A stretch of DNA of 64,000 nucleotides from positions 32,001 through 96,000 of the IMG/VR virus record IMGVR_UViG_3300012209_000005; one strand, given 5' to 3'. Below the pieces are notes generated by a model. The model saw only the letters and a program-made list of their open reading frames with translations, was not told the origin of the DNA and did not search any database. The position numbers and the translations under genes are program-made. This document shows, piece by piece, positions 55,001 through 63,857 of the stretch (position 1 is its first letter; the number at the start of each line of letters is the position of its first letter). This DNA is from a virus.

Positions 55001-55423
55001 CTATGCGCTGGCAAGCTCCTCGCACAGATCAGCCAGGCCTTCTACCAGCATCAGGAGCTTGCTCCCCGGGTACGCCCTCGGGTGCCTTCCCTGCCGGCGG
55101 AAGGCCGCCATCCTGATCGTCCCCGAAGGCTCCAGCGCCCCCGGGTGCATATGCCCGACGATGCGCACCAGGTCCCGCAAGTCCCTCTCCGGCAGCTGCA
55201 GGAGCTTAGCCGCGAAATCCAGCGGCCAGTGATCCCCGTTACTCTCGACCAGCTCCCGGCCCTTCCAGCCCCGCGAGGGAGGTGGCGGCGGGGTGACGGG
55301 CCTGGACATGATCTCATCCGCCTGCTGCTGGAGAAGCTCCATCTCCCACGGGGCAAGCGGAGCTTCGCTCCCCTGGGGGATATCCTCCGGGAGCGGCGGG
55401 AGCGGGTGCGATCCCTCAGGCAT
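55001..55423 (-). CDS. putative HTH DNA-binding protein
   Basis: WPLDFAAKLLQLPERDLRDLV..GRHPRAY. Confidence 0.55.
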   Translation of the reverse strand: MPEGSHPLPPLPEDIPQGSEAPLAPWEMELLQQQADEIMSRPVTPPPPPSRGWKGRELVESNGDHWPLDFAAKLLQLPERDLRDLVRIVGHMHPGALEPSGTIRMAAFRRQGRHPRAYPGSKLLMLVEGLADLCEELASA

Positions 55424-55425
55424 TT

Positions 55426-55959
55426 TCAGGCTCCGATCAGGCCGGCGAGATCGGCGGGGGTGACATACCCCGGCCACCGGCCATCCGTGAACAAGCGGAC
55501 CCCGGCCTGGGCGTAGCACCAGTCCACCAGCTGGGAGCAGATCAGGCGCCCGCTGGAGGCGATGTAATCTTTCAGCCCGGGGACGGGGACATGAAACCTG
55601 CGGGCGGCGAGGGCGAAATAATCGGCGGCTGAGTAGCCGATGCCCTTGCACGCGAGCGCGTTCCGGATGATGAGCTGATACTGGGCGTCCGTCATCGCCG
55701 CGATCCGGCCCGTGGACCAGATCCAGTTCCTGTCCTCGCCCGTGACCTGGGCGTGCCGCAGCGGGCTCAGGCGGGCCCCCCGGGGCTGCGCGCCCATCAC
55801 GTACCCGTAAGGGGCGTTCTTGTCAGGCTGCCCGACGTAGACGCAGGCGTGGTCGTACCAGGACGAGGCTGACCCGTTCATGTATTCCGCGACGGTGATC
55901 AGCGTGCCCGTATTGCCCCTGGTGTGGACGCAGGCGAAATCTCCTGCCTGCGGGCTCAA
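55426..55959 (-). CDS. permuted papain-like NlpC/P60 (YiiX-type) enzyme
   Basis: GDF, HACVY precede ICSQLV; VTPADL. Confidence 0.82.
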   Translation of the reverse strand: MSPQAGDFACVHTRGNTGTLITVAEYMNGSASSWYDHACVYVGQPDKNAPYGYVMGAQPRGARLSPLRHAQVTGEDRNWIWSTGRIAAMTDAQYQLIIRNALACKGIGYSAADYFALAARRFHVPVPGLKDYIASSGRLICSQLVDWCYAQAGVRLFTDGRWPGYVTPADLAGLIGA

Positions 55960-56585
55960 GGGAGGCCCACCACGTTGTCCTGCCAGATGAGGACCATGTT
56001 GTCAGCGTACGAGCTGTACTCCATGCGGGCCCGGGGCCTGTTGCCGTCCCCGTCCTTGCAGGTCGTGTCTATGCAGAGGACCTCCCCGGTCAGCGCCCTG
56101 GAGCGCAGCGTGCGGCGCTTGCAGAACGGGCACCGGGGCTCAGTGCCCCCGGGGCTGCGGGGGAGCCTCCTCGGGATTTCCGTCATGCCCAGGGCAATCG
56201 ACGCGTTGCGGGACCACCGTTCCAGTTCCCTCGTATTCACCCGGACCGCGAAATCGTCCGCCTTCTCGCAGAGGCTGACCACGGCTTCCAGCGCGATCTT
56301 CGTATTAGCGTCCGAGCAGCCCCGGTACCTCGCGGGAAGGCCCAGCTCGAAGCGCAGGTCCCGCTCGATTTTCCTGCTCAGGGCGTGGAAGTCCAGGTAG
56401 GCGTTGGCGACGGGGGCATGCCAGGGCGGCTGGGAGAAGTCCACTTTCCCATGGAAAACCCCGGAAGGCTGGCGGGGCCTGACCGCGAGCAGTCCCCCCA
56501 GCTTATGGTTGAGGGTCAGCGCGCGGCCGGCGGAATCACGCAGGCGCGTCCGGATGGCAATATGAGCAGGAATTTCCCTGGGCAC
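55956..56585 (-). CDS. zinc-ribbon protein, possible late-gene regulator
   Basis: CPFC..VLC...C; first gene after an AT-rich promoter-like spacer upstream of packaging genes. Confidence 0.6.
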   Translation of the reverse strand: MPREIPAHIAIRTRLRDSAGRALTLNHKLGGLLAVRPRQPSGVFHGKVDFSQPPWHAPVANAYLDFHALSRKIERDLRFELGLPARYRGCSDANTKIALEAVVSLCEKADDFAVRVNTRELERWSRNASIALGMTEIPRRLPRSPGGTEPRCPFCKRRTLRSRALTGEVLCIDTTCKDGDGNRPRARMEYSSYADNMVLIWQDNVVGLP

Positions 56586-57102
56586 ATATTTTACTATACC
56601 TAAAACTGCAGGCGTTATCCCGTTACGGGGTTACGCGGGCCCGATTCCGGGGTCGAGGTCGATCCCCCCTCGCCCGGAAGGGGGCTCCCGGAGCTTATCG
56701 AAGTAATCATAAGCAGCCTCGCTGACCAGCCGGGCTATTTCCTCTTCTTTCATGCCGAAATCGGAGTGCAGGAACTCGACGACCATCTGCACGACGATCG
56801 CGGCACGGTCTTGCGGGGTGCTCAGGGTATCATCCTCAGGTCTTTCGCCCGCGCGGCCTCCCTGGCGGCCCGGCGGTGCACGGGACGCTGCTGCTCGGCG
56901 GCCATGCCCAGCCTCCAGAACACGGACAGTACCACGACGGCCCCCGTCACCGGCCACATAAGCCCGGCCCAGAGCCAGCACGGGGGGTCATCCCACTGCC
57001 CGCACCTGTACTGATTATGGCCGGGACTCGTATGGGCGAAATTCCGGGCGTAGCCCGCGATGGCCAGGTACCCCGGCAGGCATACCGCGAGCCATATCCA
57101 GG

Positions 57103-57459
57103 TCACCACTTCGCCATCTCGGTCACGATGGCGATCGCCAGGTACACTTTCAGCTGCTGGGCGGGCTCCAGCTCGTTCAGCGGGCGCAAGTTCGGGTGCT
57201 CCTTCCTGATCGGGTCCTTCGCCTCGCCGAGCTTCCACTTGCGCTTAGTCATCCAGCGCACCCAGTGGGCCTGGATGTCGGAGGGGGAGGCCCCCCTGAC
57301 GATGAGCCTGACCCGGGCGCGGATGAAATCCTGCTGCTCCCCCGGCAGGGTGATCCAGGGGCCGTCAGGGGCATTGTCACCCAGGCGGGCGTTCAGCCTG
57401 CAGTGCGCCCCGTGGACGACCTCGGCCATGTCGTCGACGCTGAAATCCAGGTCAGTCAC
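57103..57459 (-). CDS. RyR-domain protein
   Basis: HWVRWM..RKWKLGEAKDP.RKEHPNLRPLNEL. Confidence 0.8.
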   Translation of the reverse strand: MTDLDFSVDDMAEVVHGAHCRLNARLGDNAPDGPWITLPGEQQDFIRARVRLIVRGASPSDIQAHWVRWMTKRKWKLGEAKDPIRKEHPNLRPLNELEPAQQLKVYLAIAIVTEMAKW

Positions 57460-57659
57460 AGGTATTCCTCCGATACGTCCAGCCACTCGGCATGCCGGAA
57501 TGCTCGCGCGTGCCGGCATTTCCCCTCCCTGCGGTAATCCGGGCACAGGCACGTCCACTCGCTCGTCCGGTAGTCCCACCGTGCCGCGTAGCGGACCGGC
57601 CGGGGGTCCTGCTCATACGGCTGGATATCGTCATCGTCGTCCCACCACATGACCCTCAT
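57456..57659 (-). CDS. SWIM zinc-finger protein
   Basis: WTCLCPDY....KCRH. Confidence 0.7.
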   Translation of the reverse strand: MRVMWWDDDDDIQPYEQDPRPVRYAARWDYRTSEWTCLCPDYRREGKCRHARAFRHAEWLDVSEEYL

Positions 57660-59577
57660 TCTCCCATGGCCATTTCGCGCTGTACCCGGACTCGATCCGC
57701 TGCATGACCGAGAAAGACGCGTCGGTCAGCCCCGCCAGGGCATACCGCCGGGCCCCCGTCGGGAAGGCGCCGTGGCTGTACCCGGACAGGTTCCAGGCGT
57801 ACACGGGGACGCTCTCGGGCAGGCACGCGGTGATATCCCCGATCTGGGACGCCCACTGCGCGTTCCACCCGGGGCCCCCGGGGATCGTCTGCTCGTCGGA
57901 GAAGATCGCCACCCGGGTATGCACCGAGGAGTCGAAGCACTGGCGGAGGTTCTGCTCGATGGCCGTGCCGTACCCGCAGACCCCGATAGCCCCGGTGACC
58001 ACCTCCATCAGGCGCAGCAGCGAGGCCCCCGGCTCGATGCCCTCGAAGTAGACGTGCCCGTCATAGCTTTTCTCGCGGCTCCCCCTCCCCCACGGGTCAC
58101 TCGCCCTCCCGGGGGGGTCCGCGAACCCGAACACGTCCACGCGGCCGGCGTTGCGCACCGCGAGAGCCATCGCGAAAAGGGCAGCCGCCTGCAGGCGGGT
58201 CGGCCGCCTGGTGTCATCAGGCTTCCCGCCGCCCCTCCTGTCCTTACGGGGAGGCTGAGACAGCGGATTCGCCATCGACCCGGACATGTCGATCATGATG
58301 AGCGTGCGCCCCCCGTCCAGGTGCGGCACGTTCCGGATAGACGCCTGCAGGGCCTGCTCCAGGGACGCCAGCCAGTGCACCGAGCGGGTGTTCATATGCG
58401 CGGCCAGGAACCGGAACGGCAGCTGCCGGGACTCCGCTACCTCCCCCGGGTCCGCCAGCCGGTCCTGGATTTCGCGGATCATCGGCGGCTTGATGCCCGC
58501 TAGCTCGAAGTTCCGCAGGTTGCGCAACACCGCCATATACCCCATCCAGGGCAGGACCAGCTCCCAGCGCTCTCTCTCGGACAGCGCCCCGGGGAGGTTA
58601 CCCGCCCCCTCCCCCAGCCAGGAGGTCACCCACTCCCACTGGCCGGCGGCAGCCCGCTTGATGCCGCGGCCGGCGAAGCTGTCGCGGTCGGCCAGGGCCT
58701 GGGCGGCGAAAGCGTGGCGGTCCTTAGGCGGCAGCCTGCCCAGGTGCCGGCGCTGGTCGATCGCCGGCAGCCCCGCCGGGTTCCCGTCGCCGTGATGGCG
58801 CTCGTCCAGGAGGTACCGGAAGAGCTTCTCCCGGTGCTGCGCCTGGCGGTGCAGCCAGGCGAGAACGTAAAGCTCGCGCGCATAGCGCGGGTCATCCCGG
58901 AAAAGCTCGCGGAGCGAGTCCCGTTCCTCGGCCGAGGAGGAGTCGTCCGCCCACCTCCCGAAGTACTCATCGGTGACGGCGAAATCCTCGGGCAGGGTGA
59001 CCAGGCGGGGACGCGGGTGGACAAGCTCGATGGCGTCCGCGAACCGCAGCGGGCGCCCCGGCTTATCCCAGCGGATCACCGACCGCTCGTTCCACATCCG
59101 CAGCATCGCCTTCTCCGCGCCCAGCTTCACCGCTTTCGGCAGCTTGCCGAAGGTGCGCAGGCAGTACTGGATGATCTCGGTGACCTCATCGCCGCGCTGC
59201 AGCACCTTATCCACCAGGTCCGCGACGACGGCGGTCGAGTTGGGGGTCCCGTTCAGCGACCAGGCGGTTTCCGCGGCGAGCATCACCGCCGAGGTGCGGA
59301 TGAAAGCGTCGCTGCGCAGCCAGGGCAGGAAGCCCCGCAGCCAGCCGAAGTCATCCCTTGCCAGCTGGCGGGTCAGCTCGACAGCCCTGGCATCGGCGGT
59401 CCGGGCGTCCTCGTAGAAGCTGCCCTCGCCCGCGAAGACGGTGGTCGCGCGCATGAAAAGCTCGGTGCGAGGGTCGCAGGCGAAGCCGGCGCCGCCCTCG
59501 TGGGTCTTTCCGGACGGGGTGGCCTCCGTCTGCAAGGGCGCGGTGAGCAGGCGGGACCCCGTGTTGAGCTTCGTCAT
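57631..59577 (-). CDS. Ro60/Rsr-like TROVE-vWA RNA-binding protein
   Basis: THEGG, SFYE, YMAVLRNLRNF, RQLPFRF, MIDAS DMSGSM, GT, SDEQ. Confidence 0.92.
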   Translation of the reverse strand: MTKLNTGSRLLTAPLQTEATPSGKTHEGGAGFACDPRTELFMRATTVFAGEGSFYEDARTADARAVELTRQLARDDFGWLRGFLPWLRSDAFIRTSAVMLAAETAWSLNGTPNSTAVVADLVDKVLQRGDEVTEIIQYCLRTFGKLPKAVKLGAEKAMLRMWNERSVIRWDKPGRPLRFADAIELVHPRPRLVTLPEDFAVTDEYFGRWADDSSSAEERDSLRELFRDDPRYARELYVLAWLHRQAQHREKLFRYLLDERHHGDGNPAGLPAIDQRRHLGRLPPKDRHAFAAQALADRDSFAGRGIKRAAAGQWEWVTSWLGEGAGNLPGALSERERWELVLPWMGYMAVLRNLRNFELAGIKPPMIREIQDRLADPGEVAESRQLPFRFLAAHMNTRSVHWLASLEQALQASIRNVPHLDGGRTLIMIDMSGSMANPLSQPPRKDRRGGGKPDDTRRPTRLQAAALFAMALAVRNAGRVDVFGFADPPGRASDPWGRGSREKSYDGHVYFEGIEPGASLLRLMEVVTGAIGVCGYGTAIEQNLRQCFDSSVHTRVAIFSDEQTIPGGPGWNAQWASQIGDITACLPESVPVYAWNLSGYSHGAFPTGARRYALAGLTDASFSVMQRIESGYSAKWPWENEGHVVGRR

Positions 59578-59603
59578 ATCAGGCCTTTCGGAGCAGGGAC
59601 GTA

Positions 59604-59933
59604 TCAGGCGTCTGCGGCCACGGGCTCGTCCTTGCGGTGAGCCAGGGTCCACTCCCGCACGGACTTCTCGCGGGCGGCGGCATCCCCCGGATGCCAGGGA
59701 CTCGCATGCCAGGCGGCAGCCAGGATGACGCGCCTGGCCGCGCGTGCCAGCTCGGATAGCTGCCAGGGGGTCAGGCCCCCGGCAGCCACATTAGCGGCGT
59801 GACGCCTCTCCTGGGCCGCGTGCAGGGCCCCGTGGCGGACCTCGGCCCGCCGGCGGCAGGCGGCGCGGGCATTCTTCTTGCGCTCGCTCTGGGGCCGCTT
59901 GCTCTTCCCGCTCTTCTGCGCCTTCCCTGCCAC
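59604..59933 (-). CDS. basic hypothetical protein
   Basis: GAGGAGG RBS, GTG start; Lys/Arg-rich N-terminus, GLTPWQ. Confidence 0.6.
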   Translation of the reverse strand: MAGKAQKSGKSKRPQSERKKNARAACRRRAEVRHGALHAAQERRHAANVAAGGLTPWQLSELARAARRVILAAAWHASPWHPGDAAAREKSVREWTLAHRKDEPVAADA

Positions 59934-60100
59934 TTTCGTTCCCTCCTCGAAGACGCACCCGTAACCAGTCTGGCCAGGCGCGGCTCTTTCAGCATACCAG
60001 GCCCCGGAGGGGCGCTGGCCAGCAACAAGCGGGGCGGCCCGCACGGGCGCAGGGATTCCGCGGGCCGCCCCTGTTCCGTTGCCAAGGGGAACAGGGCGCA

Positions 60101-60162
60101 CAGTACACCCGATTCGACACGAGGGCAAGCCCGCTGTAGAGTGCGAGGGTCACCAGGACTGT
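60101..60162. promoter_or_regulatory. divergent promoter region
   Basis: Minus-strand TTGCCC-17-TACTGT; strand switch between 59933(-) and 60225(+). Confidence 0.5.
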
Positions 60163-60224
60163 GAAGGTCCCAGGGGAGCGAAGCTCTGCTTCCCAGGGGA
60201 CTCAACGAAAGGAAGAAATCCTCC

Positions 60225-61193
60225 ATGGGAGAACGCATGGGCGTAGACGAGTTGGGGGAACCCACCTACGCGAATGAGACGATCACCCCCGAGATGGCGC
60301 AGCGCTACCTCGACATGTACCTGCGCAACCGCAGCGTGCGCAAGGGCAAGGTCACGGAATACTCCGAGGCCATGGAAGCGGGGGCGGGCAGCGCGGACAA
60401 CCCGGGCGGCTGGTTCCTGAACGGGGAGGGCATCGCCTTCGACTGGGACGGGAACCCGGTGAACGGCGCGCACCGCTTCCGCGCGTGCATCAAGTCGGGG
60501 GCGGAATTCCGCACGCTCGTCGCGCGGGGCATCGACCCGGCGGGCTTCATGGTCACCGACTCCACCGCCAGCCGGCAGTTCCGCGACGACCTGGCCATCC
60601 GGGGGATCACCTGGGCCGGGCAGTCCGGGGGGCTGCTGCGCAAGATCGCCTGGTGGAACCAGGTGGCGGAAAAGGACGCGGTTACCCGCAACACGGACTC
60701 CGGGCGCGGGGGGCTGGCGGGGCTGGGCAGCTTCCACGTCGGGAGGCAGGACCTGCACCAGATGTGGGATGCCCCCGATCCGGTCACCGGGGTCACCTAC
60801 GGCAAGGAGGTCACCGAGACCGTCCAGGAATGCGCGAAGTGGAACAACGACTTCCCCGGGGACCGGGGGGCGCTGCTCTTCGCGCACTGGCTGCTCACCC
60901 GGGAGGGCAACAACCCGGAGACGATCCGGCGGTTTTTCGCCATCCTCACCTACGGCTCCGAGGATGAGCACGCCAACCACGTGCTCCTGAAGGTGCGCAG
61001 GATGCTCGACGGCAGCGACGTGTCCCGCGAGCGCGAGCTGAAGATGAAAGGCAAGCGCCAGGAGACGCACGCCTACTGGCTGCTCGCCAACTGGAACCGC
61101 TGGGTGGCGATGGCCCGCCTGCCCAGCTTCAACCTGCCCGGGGACGACGGGACGGTCGACAACCCGTTCCCGGTCCCGCGCCGCGTCAGGTAA
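60225..61193 (+). CDS. ParB-like N-terminal domain protein
   Basis: ITPEMA..L..NR.V...Y..M..W..NGE.I.F..G...NGAHR. Confidence 0.7.
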   Translation: MGERMGVDELGEPTYANETITPEMAQRYLDMYLRNRSVRKGKVTEYSEAMEAGAGSADNPGGWFLNGEGIAFDWDGNPVNGAHRFRACIKSGAEFRTLVARGIDPAGFMVTDSTASRQFRDDLAIRGITWAGQSGGLLRKIAWWNQVAEKDAVTRNTDSGRGGLAGLGSFHVGRQDLHQMWDAPDPVTGVTYGKEVTETVQECAKWNNDFPGDRGALLFAHWLLTREGNNPETIRRFFAILTYGSEDEHANHVLLKVRRMLDGSDVSRERELKMKGKRQETHAYWLLANWNRWVAMARLPSFNLPGDDGTVDNPFPVPRRVR

Positions 61194-61231
61194 GCTGCCT
61201 GGCGACGGACCGCGAGGGCTGCTGTAGCGTA

Positions 61232-61264
61232 AGGGACGTGTCCTCCTGCGGGGGCACGTCCCCT
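61232..61264 (+). terminator. hairpin
   Basis: AGGGACGTG...CACGTCCCT. Confidence 0.5.
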
Positions 61265-61284
61265 GCCTGCCTGGAAGGTGCCTG

Positions 61285-61509
61285 ATGGAGAACCCCGCCA
61301 CCTGGGGCAAGGCCGAGCATATCGTCAACAAGGTGATCGAGGATCATTTCGACCATCACCACAAGGTCACCGCGGGCGAGGAAGAGCCCATCGCGGGGCT
61401 GTCGCTGGTCAGGAAGATCACGGACGCATTGCGCGAGGCGGGCCTGCTGTCCCGGTCCCGCGAGGACCCGTACGAAAGCTGCCCCTGGTGCCACCCGGAG
61501 TCATCATGA
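61285..61509 (+). CDS. hypothetical protein
   Basis: GLSLVRKITDALREAGLL; overlaps the next start. Confidence 0.6.
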   Translation: MENPATWGKAEHIVNKVIEDHFDHHHKVTAGEEEPIAGLSLVRKITDALREAGLLSRSREDPYESCPWCHPESS

Positions 61510-61871
61510 TCCTGGCTATCGTGGGCACCCGGAGTTTCGGGAACCCGAAAGGGCTCGCCTACGCGAGAATACTGATTTCCAGCGAGGTCTGGAGCACCCG
61601 GTGGGCCGGGTTCGTCACCGGGGACGCCCCCGGGGTGGACACCCTGGTCAGGGAAATCTGCGAGGAAGCGGACTGCCCGTGCGAGGTGCTCAGGCCCGAG
61701 CACCGCCGCTGGGAGCCCGACGGGTATAAAGCACGCAATGCCGCGATCGCGGCGACCGCGGACGAGATGCTGTGCATCCGGGACCCCGGGTCAGCCACCT
61801 ACGGGTCCGGGTGGACAGCCGACCACATGGAGACGCTGGGGAAACCCGTGACGAGGGTGCTGATCTCTTGA
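61506..61871 (+). CDS. SLOG (YspA/DUF2493-like) protein
   Basis: LAIVGTR, VTGDAPGVD, RN..IA, GSGWT. Confidence 0.75.
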   Translation: MILAIVGTRSFGNPKGLAYARILISSEVWSTRWAGFVTGDAPGVDTLVREICEEADCPCEVLRPEHRRWEPDGYKARNAAIAATADEMLCIRDPGSATYGSGWTADHMETLGKPVTRVLIS

Positions 61872-61994
61872 ACAACTACGGTTCATGTCGGTGCCCCGGC
61901 TGCCGGTACGAGCCCACCCCGGTACCACTGACAGGCGGCCTGTGCGGGATGTGCGCCGAAGACGGCTGCACCCCTATGCGAGAAGAGGCTGACA

Positions 61995-62762
61995 TTGAAC
62001 ATGGATGAGCTGTCCCCGGCGAAGGTGATGATCGCCGGCGACTGGCACGCCAACGCCCGCTGGGCGGCGCACGCCATCCGCGAGGGCTGTGACCAGGTGA
62101 AAACCGTGCTGCAGCTGGGGGACTTCGGGCTGTGGCGCACCGAGGCCGCTTTCCTGAAGAAGGTCAGCGGGGCGCTGGAGGAGAAGGACGCGGTGCTCTA
62201 CTTCATCGACGGTAACCACGAGGACCACGCCTACCTGGGGGAACTGGTGAAAGGGCTCCGGGGGCTCCAGGTACCGCTGGAGGTTGCCCCCAGGATCTGG
62301 TACCTGCCCCGGGGGTCGCGGTGGACGTGGCACGGGCGGCAGTGGCTGGCGCTCGGCGGGGCCGCGTCGGTGGACCGGGCCTTCCGCATCGAAGGGCACT
62401 CCTGGTTCCGCGAGGAGGAGATCAGCCTCATCCAGGCGGGGCTGGTGGCACTGCGCGGTCCCGCCGAGGTGATGATCACCCACGAGTGCCCCCGGAAGGT
62501 AACGGCGCACCTGCCGCTGGGGACGCCCTGCCCCGGGTGGGACCTGGAGGTGTCCCAGTTGCACCAGGAACTCCTCGACCGGGTTATCATGCACGTCGAG
62601 CCCTCGTACCTGTTCCACGGGCACATGCACACCGCCCACGCCGGCACGTTCACCTACCCGCACGGGAAAGTGCAGGTCCGGGGTCTGGACTGCGACGGGC
62701 GGAAGGGCAACTGGGCGATCCTGGATACGAAGCTGATGGCGTGGCAGGAGGAGCCGTCGTGA
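61995..62762 (+). CDS. calcineurin-like metallophosphoesterase
   Basis: GDWH, GDFG, GNHE, THE, HGHMH. Confidence 0.9.
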   Translation: MNMDELSPAKVMIAGDWHANARWAAHAIREGCDQVKTVLQLGDFGLWRTEAAFLKKVSGALEEKDAVLYFIDGNHEDHAYLGELVKGLRGLQVPLEVAPRIWYLPRGSRWTWHGRQWLALGGAASVDRAFRIEGHSWFREEEISLIQAGLVALRGPAEVMITHECPRKVTAHLPLGTPCPGWDLEVSQLHQELLDRVIMHVEPSYLFHGHMHTAHAGTFTYPHGKVQVRGLDCDGRKGNWAILDTKLMAWQEEPS

Positions 62763-63472
62763 GGATAGCCATCATCGGGATGGGCACGCTCGGGCAGGCG
62801 CAGAAGCGCTGGCTGGGCGAGGACATCTACGTCACCTATGACCCGGAATACGACGGCGAGTACCCGGGGGGCGCTATCGCCGAATGCGACTTCGCCATCG
62901 TGTGCGTGCCCCCTGATCAGGCAGAGGCGGCGGCGGAGGCTATTCCGGTGCCGGTGCCGGTGCTCCTGCGGTCCACCGTGCCCCCGGGGACGACGGAGAA
63001 ACTCGGGACCCGGGCAGTGTACTGCCCGGAGTTCATCACCGACCCCGCCACGGGCAACTGGCGCGACCCGGACGACGTGCCCTTCCTGATCCTCGGCGGG
63101 GAAGGGTCGGTGATCGCGAAATTCCGCGGGTGGCTGGCCCCGGTGTTCCCCGGGATGATCATCCGGTGCAGCTCGCGGGTCGCGGAGCTGGCCAAGTACA
63201 CCGATAGCGCCTTCCTGGCGGCGAAGGTGACGCTCGCCAACGAGATGGCGCGGATCGCCGCCTGCTACGGGGTGGACTGGCGGGACGTGGAACAGGCGTG
63301 GCTGGCAGACCCCCGGACAGGGTACACGCATACCTCGGTCACCGAGGCCGGGGGCTTCGGGGACGGATTCGCCAGGGACCTGGCGGATATCGTGCACGCG
63401 GCCTTCCTGGGTGACTACGACGCGCAGTTCCTGATGGCGATCGAGGAGGCTAACGCGAGGTTCCGGCAGTGA
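62759..63472 (+). CDS. UDP-glucose/GDP-mannose dehydrogenase-family protein, truncated and lacking the catalytic Cys
   Basis: GMGTLG, CVP, STVPPGTT, PEF, AELAKY, ANE, DPR; ends without the C-terminal domain. Confidence 0.8.
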   Translation: MRIAIIGMGTLGQAQKRWLGEDIYVTYDPEYDGEYPGGAIAECDFAIVCVPPDQAEAAAEAIPVPVPVLLRSTVPPGTTEKLGTRAVYCPEFITDPATGNWRDPDDVPFLILGGEGSVIAKFRGWLAPVFPGMIIRCSSRVAELAKYTDSAFLAAKVTLANEMARIAACYGVDWRDVEQAWLADPRTGYTHTSVTEAGGFGDGFARDLADIVHAAFLGDYDAQFLMAIEEANARFRQ

Positions 63473-63521
63473 CCAGCGACGAGGATGAGGCGAAATCCCT
63501 GATCAGGGAGGCGCTCGTCCT

Positions 63522-63857
63522 GTGAGGACGATCTGCCACCCGGGGACCGCGCACCCGGGGCGGGTTTACTCCGACTGGATCGACCCTGCCACCGGGCACG
63601 CGGTCACGGCGGCATACCAGATCGCCCGGGGGTTCGCGCGGGGGGTTTACACGGTGACGGAGGGGCGCCAGCGCGTCACCTTCGGGGTGCTCACCCCGAC
63701 CCCGGGGTGCAGAGCACTTCCCTCCTCCGGGGGCTCTGGCTCCTTCGGGAAAATCCTCACCCTGATCATCATCCTGGCCGTACTCTGGGGAGGGTACAGC
63801 CTGTACCGGCATTACCGGCCGAAGCGCTTCCCGGGGCGGAGCACGAGCAGAGGATAG
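63522..63857 (+). CDS. C-terminal TM hypothetical protein
   Basis: ILTLIIILAVLWGGY. Confidence 0.55.
   Translation: MRTICHPGTAHPGRVYSDWIDPATGHAVTAAYQIARGFARGVYTVTEGRQRVTFGVLTPTPGCRALPSSGGSGSFGKILTLIIILAVLWGGYSLYRHYRPKRFPGRSTSRG

Noticed and set aside
54763-55116. Plus-strand ORF with CALC
   Set aside because: Codon usage is plausible, but it overlaps the minus-strand gene and the LysM promoter; left unresolved and not called
51974-56585. Terminase small subunit
   Set aside because: No neighbouring ORF could be assigned from sequence alone
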